A DNA stretch of 63,688 nucleotides, filler included, from Thraustochytrium aureum (taxonomy: Eukaryota): assembly GCA_012862495.1 (NCBI GenBank). It is 5 parts of 3 records of this genome, joined end to end, with 100 filler letters (N's around TTAATTAATTAA, not from the genome) between each part and the next. Parts side by side here need not be neighbours in the genome. Positions count along the whole stretch, not along the records: positions 39,432 to 56,853 come from BLSG01000290.1; 4 more parts are not named here. One strand, written 5' to 3'. The notes under the pieces were generated by a model, which saw nothing but the letters and a program-made list of their open reading frames with translations, made no database searches and was not told the DNA's origin. Shown here in pieces: positions 42,775 through 52,400 of the stretch (positions are counted from its first letter, which is position 1; every line of letters starts with the position of its first letter). Made by a program: the position numbers and the translations under genes.

Positions 42775-44022
42775 TCATATTTTGCTGGTCGCCTTTGGGG
42801 CGACAAGCTTGCAGGTGAACGGCGCGAGCATGACGCTTCCCAGGTCAAAGTCCAGGCGAGCGCAAAGAGCGTCCCTGCCAGCCTCCCCAAGAAGTCGCCA
42901 CTCAAGAGCCAGCTTGCGCCACACACCAACTTGGAACGTTTTGGCCACCGTCTGCACCGGCTGACCACGCAGCTCGACCTGAAACCCACTGCAACCGCGC
43001 TCAAAGGCGGCCTCGTTGAAGACGGTCTGGCCGCCATGCACAAGAAGCTCGTAAGCATGAGCATTGGCGCGCATGAGCGGTGCAAACGAGGTCGCCACCT
43101 CGCCGAGCAGAGCCCACAAACCATCGAGCTGCGCGGCCCGATCAGGCGGTGTGTACGGCGGAGCCGGTGGTCGTGCGGCTGGGGTCGCTGATGCAGCGAA
43201 CCGCGGCTGGCGCGTGTGGTCTTGGATATCGTGCTGCAGGCCGTCAAGCCAAGCAACCAACTTTGGCGCGACGCTTTCCATGTGCGCGCGCGAGCCGCGG
43301 TCCAGGGCGGCGAGCATGTTGAGTTGCCCAAAGCATGCCAAGTCTGCTGCAGTCCTGTGGTCAACTCCGAGCGCCCCAAGCAGAGAGGGCCCTTGTGCGG
43401 AGCCCAGGGCCGCCTCGCACGCGCGTAGCACGGCCTCGAAAGACGCGTCCAGAAGGCCATCCGTTTGCGGCCCGGAGAAGAGGTACTGCTTGCGGCGCGT
43501 CTGGCGCCGGTTGAACCATTTTGCCATCTTTGGCCTGGCGACGTGGGGCACCCAGACCTGGCCGATCATCTCATGCAGTACGAGGAACCCGCCGGGCGTC
43601 TCCTCAAGCGGGAAGCCGCGCACCCCAGCGTTCGCAGGGTCGCTCCAGCGTTTGTGGTGGACCAGATAGAGGCCCCACTCGTCAAAAAACTCCTCGAGCA
43701 GCCCGGAGAGAAAGCCCAGCTCGGGCCCCAGTCCGCTATCCACGCCGATCTCGCGCAGAATCGCAGTGCTGTCCATCGCGTTTGTGCCATCGTCCTTGAA
43801 CAGGAAGGGCACGAGCGGGAGTTCGTCAAGGTCCAACGGCGGCCTGGGCACGTGCAGACGAAGCAGCCCAGCGCGGACCAACGCGAGCCGGGCCTCGAAC
43901 CAGAGCCGCGTGACTGTGCCGTGCTGCCACACCCACTGGAACTCCTCGCCTTGCTCGACGAGGGCGGCGGCAACCTTGAGCGCGAAAGGGCTCAGCTGCG
44001 TGCCATACAGCGTCCAGACCAT
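42775..44022 (-). CDS. Glutathione S-transferase-like protein
   Basis: LYGTQLSPFALKV (GST N-terminus), LPLVPFL..DSTAI (cis-Pro and DS motif), LEEFFDEWG, LLG...TAADLACFGQL (GST-C). Confidence 0.8.
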   Translation of the reverse strand: MVWTLYGTQLSPFALKVAAALVEQGEEFQWVWQHGTVTRLWFEARLALVRAGLLRLHVPRPPLDLDELPLVPFLFKDDGTNAMDSTAILREIGVDSGLGPELGFLSGLLEEFFDEWGLYLVHHKRWSDPANAGVRGFPLEETPGGFLVLHEMIGQVWVPHVARPKMAKWFNRRQTRRKQYLFSGPQTDGLLDASFEAVLRACEAALGSAQGPSLLGALGVDHRTAADLACFGQLNMLAALDRGSRAHMESVAPKLVAWLDGLQHDIQDHTRQPRFAASATPAARPPAPPYTPPDRAAQLDGLWALLGEVATSFAPLMRANAHAYELLVHGGQTVFNEAAFERGCSGFQVELRGQPVQTVAKTFQVGVWRKLALEWRLLGEAGRDALCARLDFDLGSVMLAPFTCKLVAPKATSKI

Positions 44023-44861
44023 CGTGCCGCTGCGACCTTCCTTCCTTCCTTCCTTCCCTTCAGCTCGAGGCTCTCTCAAGAGGTACTACTGTAGTCACTG
44101 CAGACCGACCGCCTGGGCTCTGGGGTACTGCCCACAGCGCCCCAGCGGGCTCTGGGCTTGCGAGCCGTCGGCGTTCTCGTCGATCCACCCCTGGGTTGCC
44201 GCACGCTGCTCCTGCTGACCTGCACAACCAACCTGTCCATGCTGGCGCCGAACCAACCTGCTTGGCCGGGACGCCACCTGACAGGCGACCGCGCACCGGT
44301 GCGCGAGTCCTGCTGGCCCTGCCCGCTGGCGACTCTGCACGTGCTCAGTCAAGCGAGAGAGCCGCTGGTGTTGGGCGAAGGACCTCAAAGCTATCACTTG
44401 ATTTAGTTAGTATCGAACCCGCTGCGGCGCGGCTCGAGGAGCTATAGGCCCAGCCGCTCGTGGCGCTGAGAGTTGGCGCTGGAAGAGGCAGGGAGAGAGA
44501 AGCAATCGTGCGCAAAGTTCCAAAATCGCTGAGCTGAGGCTCGCCAAGGTAAGGCGAGCACTTGGTGTTGGAAACGTCGAAAAATCAACTGGGGCTGGGC
44601 GCTGACGAGCTGGCCGACCACGAGCAGCAGCACGCGCTCCGACTTGCCGCGACGAGCAACAAGATACCAGTCCCTGGGGGGGGGGCTGCCCGCTGGCGGT
44701 CGCACTTGCAAAGTGCTGGCTCCGAATTGCTGCTCCACTCTGGCATCGGGTTGAAATAAGGGTTGGCGGCAGAACTGTCGAGCCTGTGCCCGGCGAAGCG
44801 ACTGCTGTGCGCACTGTGGCTTCTTTGCCCGATGCACTGTCTTGCACGAAGGACAAGCACT

Positions 44862-46793
44862 TCATGTCTCCAAGTCGTTGATGTAAATGCTCGACAGCGC
44901 CGTTCGTAACATGAGAAGATCTGAATCGCCTTTATGGCGAGAGTGGATCTCAATGACGTCTCGGCCGCTGTCCAAAGCTGCCTGGATCGAGTTGGGGCAG
45001 TTTAAACCTCCACGATGTATAAAAGCGCGACTCATGTGGTCGTATTGGCAAGGCTCAAGCTGACCCGTACGAAACGCGATCCCAGTCTGCCCATGAGCCA
45101 TGTGCACGTGGCCAAACCAAAACATAAAGCCTTGTGGGGTCTCTGCAGCAAACGCTTGCGTTTTCTTGCCATGCAATACCCGCGATACGGGGTTCATGAC
45201 AAGAGGCAAGGGCGGCCCCGTTTTGTTCCAACCTGTCCACATGTCGTATAGGTTTGGGAGACCCAAAACCCTGCGAGCCTCGCGGAAAACAGCGGCGTTC
45301 GGTCGAATAATGTACATGCCTCCCTGCAGTGCAATTACCGGGTCCGGCACAGTCAGCAGCTCGTACTGGTCCATGCACTTGGCCAGTAGCTCTGCCCCTT
45401 TGAAATAGATGATGTCTGCGTCGATGACGGCTACGCTAGCGTACTGTTCCAAGTTGAAGGCACCCAGCTTTTGATACTCGGACCATGCGCAGCAGTTCCA
45501 GTTCAAGCTTATGATGGTTTTGAGAGACTCGTGAATGTCGCTCTTGCGGATCGTCGGTGGCGAGACATATACGAGTCTGCCATCCACGGTGGCGTTCACC
45601 ATCGCCATCATCTTCTCAAAGACCTCTCGCCTTTCTGCTTCCCAGTTTGCCAGCGGGCCAGTCGCAAAGACCAGCTCGAACCTCGTGCGATCTGGCAGGG
45701 CGCGGTGCAAGCGTTTCATGTTTTCGATTGGCTGCTTCATCGCCTCTTCAAACCGGTGCCCGAGTTCCGTGAAATACATCAGATAGCATGCTGCTTGCGA
45801 TCGGGTTCTTGGGCGCCACGGCAGTCGCGCGGCGGGTATATGATCTTGGGGTATTCAAAGTCCGTGTTTGGCTCGCACTGGTCGCGCGCCATGTGGAAGC
45901 GGACCTGCAATGGGCACGGCTGGGCGTTTCTCGCCTTTGCCGAGTATGTCCGCTGCAACCATTCCTCGGTCGCTGCGAAGTGCTTGTCCAAGGTGTCTGC
46001 CACACATCGCTTGAAAACGTCGGCCCTAGCAACACCGCTCAAGACAGCCGCCGGCTTGGCTCTGTCTTGCACCGAGCACCGCACGACGCCAGCGGCTTTG
46101 CTCAGGACACGAGGAGCCCAGTTCGCTTCAGCTTGAGGATTTGCGGCCCACGCTTCGAAGGTGTACGTCATGTTTGAGGAGGTCTTTTGGGACCACGACT
46201 TGGTCCAGATACGACAAGCGAGCGCTCTGTTCGCCGCCGTGTTCCGCCATGCCTGCAACCCGCTTGGGAAAAGGAGGACGTTGGGATCCCCCTTTGTCGC
46301 CTGTTGCGCAACCAAGGACGTCGGAGAGCGTTGTCGCTTCTGTGAGGACAAGGTCATTGGTGCCGCCCACGACAAGCACCCACTCGACCTCTGACCTCTT
46401 GAACAGGTTGACCAGCTCCTGAAGCACGCACCAGGACCTGTGGTGGATGCCGTGGCGCCAATGGGTGCACGCGAACTTTTCCATGGCGACTGCGACGAAG
46501 TCGCACTTGTTGCGCCTCGCCCAGAGCTGGTTCGCTCCGTACCCAATATTGTGTCGAGATTTGACGGCTTCGAAGCCCAGCAAGTGAAGCACGATGCAGT
46601 CAACCGTGCCAGACTCGGCAAACGTGCCGTCGACCTCCTCCTCCAGTTCTCCAACCGCCAGGTGCTGCACCGTGCCGACGCTCTCGAGCACCTCTCGGTT
46701 CTGCCACTCCAGCACGCTCAGCACGCGCAACATCGAAGCGAGCGCGACCGCCCCAACAGCGGCCAGGCCAACAAGCCGTCGGCACGCCATCAT
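44862..46793 (-). CDS. Type II membrane glycosyltransferase: divergent GT34-like region then GT8 (glycogenin-like) domain; two frameshifts, or two genes
   Basis: RR + TM LVGLAAVGAVALASML. N-terminal part: WARRN..RSWC..EWVLVV..SGLQAWRNT. C-terminal part: YQKLGAFNLEQYASVAVIDAD, LQGGMYIIRPN, TPQGFM. Frame breaks at 46288-46292 and about 45780-45860. Confidence 0.65.
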
Positions 46794-47640
46794 CCTCAGC
46801 CTGCTCGAGCTCACGAGCAACCTGTCCGCCTTGCGGCCGCTCGAGCACAAGCGAACGAATAGGCAGCCCAGTCTCGTCGCGCGACACGACAGGCTCCAGG
46901 TCGTCCAGCCTCAGGCGCTCCCGTCCAGCGTCATCAGGGCCGGGCTTGGGCGCTGCGCCCGCCCGGCCGTCGCAACTCANNNNNNNNNNNNNNNNNNNNN
47001 NNNNNNNNNNNNNNNNNNNNNNNNNNNNNNNNNNNNNNNNNNNNNNNNNNNNNNNNNNNNNNNNNNNNNNNNNNNNNNNNNNNNNNNNNNNNNNNNNNNN
47101 NNNNNNNNNNNNNNNNNNNNNNNNNNNNNNNNNNNNNNNNNNNNNNNNNNNNNNNNNNNNNNNNNNNNNNNNNNNNNNNNNNNNNNNNNNNNNNNNNNNN
47201 NNNNNNNNNNNNNNNNNNNNNNNNNNNNNNNNNNNNNNNNNNNNNNNNNNNNNNNNNNNNNNNNNNNNNNNNNNNNNNNNNNNNNNNNNNNNNNNNNNNN
47301 NNNNNNNNNNNNNNNNNNNNNNNNNNNNNNNNNNNNNNNNNNNNNNNNNNNNNNNNNNNNNNNNNNNNNNNNNNNNNNNNNNNNNNNNNNNNNNNNNNNN
47401 NNNNNNNNNNNNNNNNNNNNNNNNNNNNNNNNNNNNNNNNNNNNNNNNNNNNNNNNNNNNNNNNNNNNNNNNNNNNNNNNNNNNNNNNNNNNNNNNNNNN
47501 NNNNNNNNNNNNNNNNNNNNNNNNNNNNNNNNNNNNNNNNNNNNNNNNNNNNNNNNNNNNNNNNNNNNNNNNNNNNNNNNNNNNNNNNNNNNNNNNNNNN
47601 NNNNNNNNNNNNNNNNNNNNNNNNNNNNNNNNNNNNNNNN

Positions 47641-49218
47641 GCTGAAGTCGCCGCCACAGCAGGCCTGCCACATGGTGGCGACGTAGAAAGTGCGGCTGCG
47701 GACAACCCGCGTGCTCCTGTCGACCAGCCGCCTGCTGCCGGTCCACCGAATGCTGAAGCCGAAAGGGCAAAGGTTGGCCAAGCGCCGCCCGCCAGTTCGA
47801 GGATAGGGCGGCCGGGCAACATTGCAGCCGCGCCGAGCGTGGCTTCCAAGACAACGGCCGCGTCTCTCGCAAGACAAATGCCGCCAGTGCAGCAGGCAAA
47901 GCGGCGCGACCTGAGCGACGACCCAACGAGTCCAGTATTAAGCCCAGAGATGCAGCGAGTTGTCGCCGACTTTTACGGCGCTTCGCCCGCCGAGTCGAGC
48001 CCTCGCGCAGCAAAACCGTCGAAGCGCAAGCTGCTGAGCGGCACTGGCATGATCAGCCCGGACCCGTCCGAGCGAGGCTCGCAAGCCCCGCAAGTACCCT
48101 GGCAGGATAACGAACAGACCGCGGCGCTCGAGACGCGGCTCGCGGCGGTCAAACAGCGGTGCGAAGACACGGTCGGCCAGTTCAGCCAGGACGTTCACAA
48201 CCTCGCCTTAGAACTAGCGAGAACGAAAGACGAGCTGCTCATCGAGCGGGAGACGCGCCAAGGGCTCGAGCAGATGCGCATCCAGTACGAAAGGGACATA
48301 AATGGTCTCTCCAAGGAGCTGCGATCGATGACGATGGAGATGCGCGACGCGGCTCGGCGACAGCGCGAGGTAGAAGACCAAGAGCTCTTCCTGCGCTCCA
48401 TCTTGCACGAAGTGGGCGTCGAGCACGTGCCAGAGATCCGTGACGCCTTCCGCAACCTGCGCGAGCGCGTGCACAAGCTGGAAACAATAGTTCGCGGTCA
48501 GCAACAGCAAATCGAGTGGGGCTCACAGACGAACCAACACATGCAAGAGCAGTGTCGGTCGCTGGAGGCCGAACTCGATGCGGCGCGCAAGTCGCGCTGG
48601 CAGGCTGACGCTCGCCGAGTCAAGCTTGAAGAGGAGCGCGAGCAAGGATTCCTCGAGCTGCGCAAGGCCCGCTTGCAAATCGAGCAGCTCAAAGCGCAGG
48701 TGGCGCATCTTTCAGACCAGTATTGCTCGGCCTCAAACCAGGCCGACATCCTCGGCCGCGCGGCAGTCCGGGCGGCATTCCCCAAGCTCTTGGTTCCTCC
48801 CGCACATGAGGCTGGAGTTGCGAATGCACACTTGCATGATGCGGGGCTGGCTGGCTTTCCTACTGGGCGGCTTGCCACTGGGCGCTCCGTCTCGCCACAG
48901 TCTCGGGCAGGCTCGAGAGCTGGGGCAAGCCCCAAAAGTCGGTCCCCGTCCCCGCCTCCTTCTCCTTCCGGGCGGGCTGCAAAGTTCCGCGGGCCTCGGA
49001 TTGGGGCTCCAAGGGGCCCGGATATTTCAACAACGGCTCGCGCCGGGTACTCGTCGGTGCACTCGATCAAGACCAGCCCGTTGAAGCGGTCCCAGGCGGA
49101 GCGCGCTGGACGCAACATCAAGGTCGACATCAGAGTCCCGGCACAGAATTCGGGTGGTGGTCGCAAGGGGGTTGCGAGTCCGCGCCGTTCGCCTATGAGG
49201 TCTCAGCAACGCCGGTGA
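47641..49218 (+). CDS. Coiled-coil protein with Ser/Pro/Arg-rich ends (5'-partial)
   Basis: Over 500 open codons with long E/Q/R heptads (LETRLAAVKQR...LQIEQLKAQVAHL). Confidence 0.65.
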   Translation, partial: AEVAATAGLPHGGDVESAAADNPRAPVDQPPAAGPPNAEAERAKVGQAPPASSRIGRPGNIAAAPSVASKTTAASLARQMPPVQQAKRRDLSDDPTSPVLSPEMQRVVADFYGASPAESSPRAAKPSKRKLLSGTGMISPDPSERGSQAPQVPWQDNEQTAALETRLAAVKQRCEDTVGQFSQDVHNLALELARTKDELLIERETRQGLEQMRIQYERDINGLSKELRSMTMEMRDAARRQREVEDQELFLRSILHEVGVEHVPEIRDAFRNLRERVHKLETIVRGQQQQIEWGSQTNQHMQEQCRSLEAELDAARKSRWQADARRVKLEEEREQGFLELRKARLQIEQLKAQVAHLSDQYCSASNQADILGRAAVRAAFPKLLVPPAHEAGVANAHLHDAGLAGFPTGRLATGRSVSPQSRAGSRAGASPKSRSPSPPPSPSGRAAKFRGPRIGAPRGPDISTTARAGYSSVHSIKTSPLKRSQAERAGRNIKVDIRVPAQNSGGGRKGVASPRRSPMRSQQRR

Positions 49219-49474
49219 GGCCAAGTCGCGCACCACTTGCGCTCTGGTGCTGTCTGTCGGCGGCGGCGGCGGCGGCGGCGGCGNNNNNNNNNNNNNNNNN
49301 NNNNNNNNNNNNNNNNNNNNNNNNNNNNNNNNNNNNNNNNNNNNNNNNNNNNNNNNNNNNNNNNNNNNNNNNNNNNNNNNNNNNNNNNNNNNNNNNNNNN
49401 NNNNNNNNNNNNNNAACAAAAGAAAACGAGTGAAAGAGTTGTTGAAGGGCTTGGGAAGACTCTGCGAGACCCGC

Positions 49475-52400
49475 TCAGTGCGAGTCAAAGCTAGTCCCGT
49501 CCAGGTTTGCTGTCAAAGACCCGCGGTTGCGGCGCGCCTTGGTACGCCGCGGTTTCCGCTTCTGGATGGGCTTGGCCTCGACATCGGCCAGCCTAGGCAG
49601 CGCGCTCGGGTCGAACACGCCGAGCAGCTCAATACTGAAGAGCGCGATTGGAAGCGGCTTGTCAAAAAAGACCCCATTGGCGTCCCAAGCTGGACTTTCA
49701 TCTGCGTCAAGCCGAGTTGCAAAGCAGGAGATCCTCGGTCGGTGGATTGCCCCTCCAAAAAGATCGACACCGAGCCGCTGCAGAACGCTGTGCTCGGGGC
49801 GAACAAGAGGCACGAGCTCGTCCGAGATACTGACCGTCACCAACGGCCCCTCACGGTTCACAACATGCTCAAAGCTGTGGGAAACCTGCTTGATGGTCGG
49901 CGCGCCAGGGGGCTCGTACCCGTGAGGAAGCGCGAGGGACTCCTGAATAGTAGAGTACAAGAACACCTGCCGGCTTTCGTCGACGTGGTACGACCGCATC
50001 CCGGCCTGCTCGTAAACCCGTGACCCAGGCACGCGCCGAAACATGCACACCATCCTCCGGTCATCCTTAGGACGACGACCGCCGAGCAGTCCCGCACCCA
50101 GCCCAGCGTCAACGCTATTCTCCTCGACGTGCATCATAGACAGCGCCGCGGTCGATCCGAAGCGAAACACCGACTTGAGCTTGACCTCGAGGCACTCTTC
50201 TTTGGTGTCCTTGGAGCGCACGGTAATGCCGAGCTTGCGCAAGAGGGCGTCGCGCCTGCGCTGCACGCGCTCGGCCATCTCCACAGACACGGTGAGCTGC
50301 TTGCTGTCAGCATCCTCGGGGCCTCCTCCACCCAATAGTGGGCCGAGGTCACCTGCAATAGACTTGCGCCGCTCAGCGGCCTCGGACCGAGTCAGGCCAG
50401 AGACTGGAGACTTGGGCTGCCCCGCCCGAGCGAATGCTGTCAACAAAGGGGCCCCAGCGTTGTTGTGTTTGCTTGTGGCCATCCGCGATGCAGGTTCGCT
50501 TGCCTCGAATGGAGCCTGCGCTGCCGGCCGCACCGCGCACTCTTTGACGCTGATGTGCTGAACGCGCGGCGACCATCGCTTCTGCGCGGCTTTGCGAGAG
50601 TCAGGCCGCTCCGCGTGCCACAATCGCTTTGCGGGCTCTCGAAGGGCTTGGTTGAAGGTCGCGCTCAAGCCTTTCGCGCATTGCTCGTTGCCTCTTCCCT
50701 GCGGAGTGGCAAGCTGGGTCTCGGGCTTGCCGCTCTCGAACGCGTCACCGAGCCATCGCAAGAAACCACCTTTTGGCCCGCCCGCCGGGGCATTGGTGGG
50801 CAAGCCAGCGCTATGCGCCTGGGCATGCATTTGCACCCTATCGCCGTCGCTGGTCCAAGGGAAGGTGAACATTGCGTGCGTTGTCTGCGCCGGGTAGTTG
50901 CGAAGGTTGAGCTCGGCCTGGTACAGTTTGGTCCTGTTGGCCGTGTTGGACGCAAGGCGCTGCATGACCTCCGCCAAAAGGTGAAGTTGTTCGAGCGCGT
51001 TGTCGGGGACCCACTTGAACCGGTCTGCAGCGCTCTTAGCAGCGGCATGTTGCGTTGGAAGAGCGCCCTGCGCGCTTGACCCGCGAGGCTTGTCCTTGCT
51101 CGAAGCGAGGGTGTTCTTCAGCACAAGCTCCGAGCCGCTGTCACCGCCTGTCGAGACGCTGCTGAGCGAGTGGCGCCGGCCTCGAGGGCGGATTTGAATC
51201 TGATCTGCGTCGTCTGCGGGATTGGCATCCGCCTTGGACTCGTCGTCTGATGCTGTGGACGCCGCATCTCCGGCCGAGTTGTCGTACATGTCAGTGACCG
51301 CGCGAGGGACTCGCATGCTGCAATTTGTGGAATCCTCCTTGGTGAGGGCAAGCCGCGTCACGGGCGTCGCAATCGAGTTGTTGCTGCGGGGCAGACCTGC
51401 TCGCACGGCCTCTTTGAACTCTTTGGCGAGAATGAGAACTGGCATCAAGCCGTACCTCGCAAACCGAATCTGGACGTTCTCTTCGCCGACTAGCTTTTCC
51501 AGCGCAAATAGCGCCGAGAGCTGGACGTCGGGCAGCTTGCGCAACCAGGCCATCTCGACCAATCGCCGGCCGCCGCCGCGCGCTTCAAAGCTCACAAGCG
51601 CGCTTTTGGTAAAGGGGAGCCTTGCAAATGTGAGAGCGCCGATTCCTCGCAGGAGAAAGTCGTTCGACTCGACACAGTGCAGAACGTACTCGAGCATGTA
51701 GTCGCTGACATCCAACTCGTCGCCCTCGTCGCCCTCCTCGCCGTCGAAGCGCAGGGCGGCACTCATGCCGCGAAGCAGCCCAGGCCCGTGGAACTTGCAG
51801 AGCTCGTGAACAATATTGGCGCAGATTCGCTGGTGCACCCGCTGTACATAAGGCTGCCCGATCGCGCAGTAGAGCAGACCAAGAAGTTCTGGCTGGTCGC
51901 ACAAGTCGCCTTCGCGAGAGGCCACCAGCCATACCAATTTGAGCACCCAGTCGATGATTTCTGTCGCGCGGCGCATCCTGGACCGCCCGCCAGCTCGCGC
52001 GACGCGCTCGAGGATGCCGAGCGTCAGCTTGAAGAGCGTCGTGAATAATGGCATCGCGCGCGCCACCGGTTCGAGGAGCGTCTCGTTTCCAAGCGCGACG
52101 TAGACGACCTGCAGCAAGCTGATCACGGAAACGGCGTCGTGACCCATGACGCTGGCAAGCGCGGCGCAAAGCGATTCGACGTGGTTGCTCGACAATGCCT
52201 GGACGGACTCGTCCTCCCGCAACAGGCTCCACAGCGCGAGGACCAGGCTGCGCAGCGCCGCTGGGCTCGCGTCGTCTCGAGCGCTCCGCTCAATGAGCTG
52301 GCAAAGCTGGCCAAGTGTCCCAGGGTTGGCGTGCCTGCTCCGCTGTGGGAATCGCGTGCACAAGACTTCATCGTGGTCGTCCGTGACGTTGCAGCGAGCA

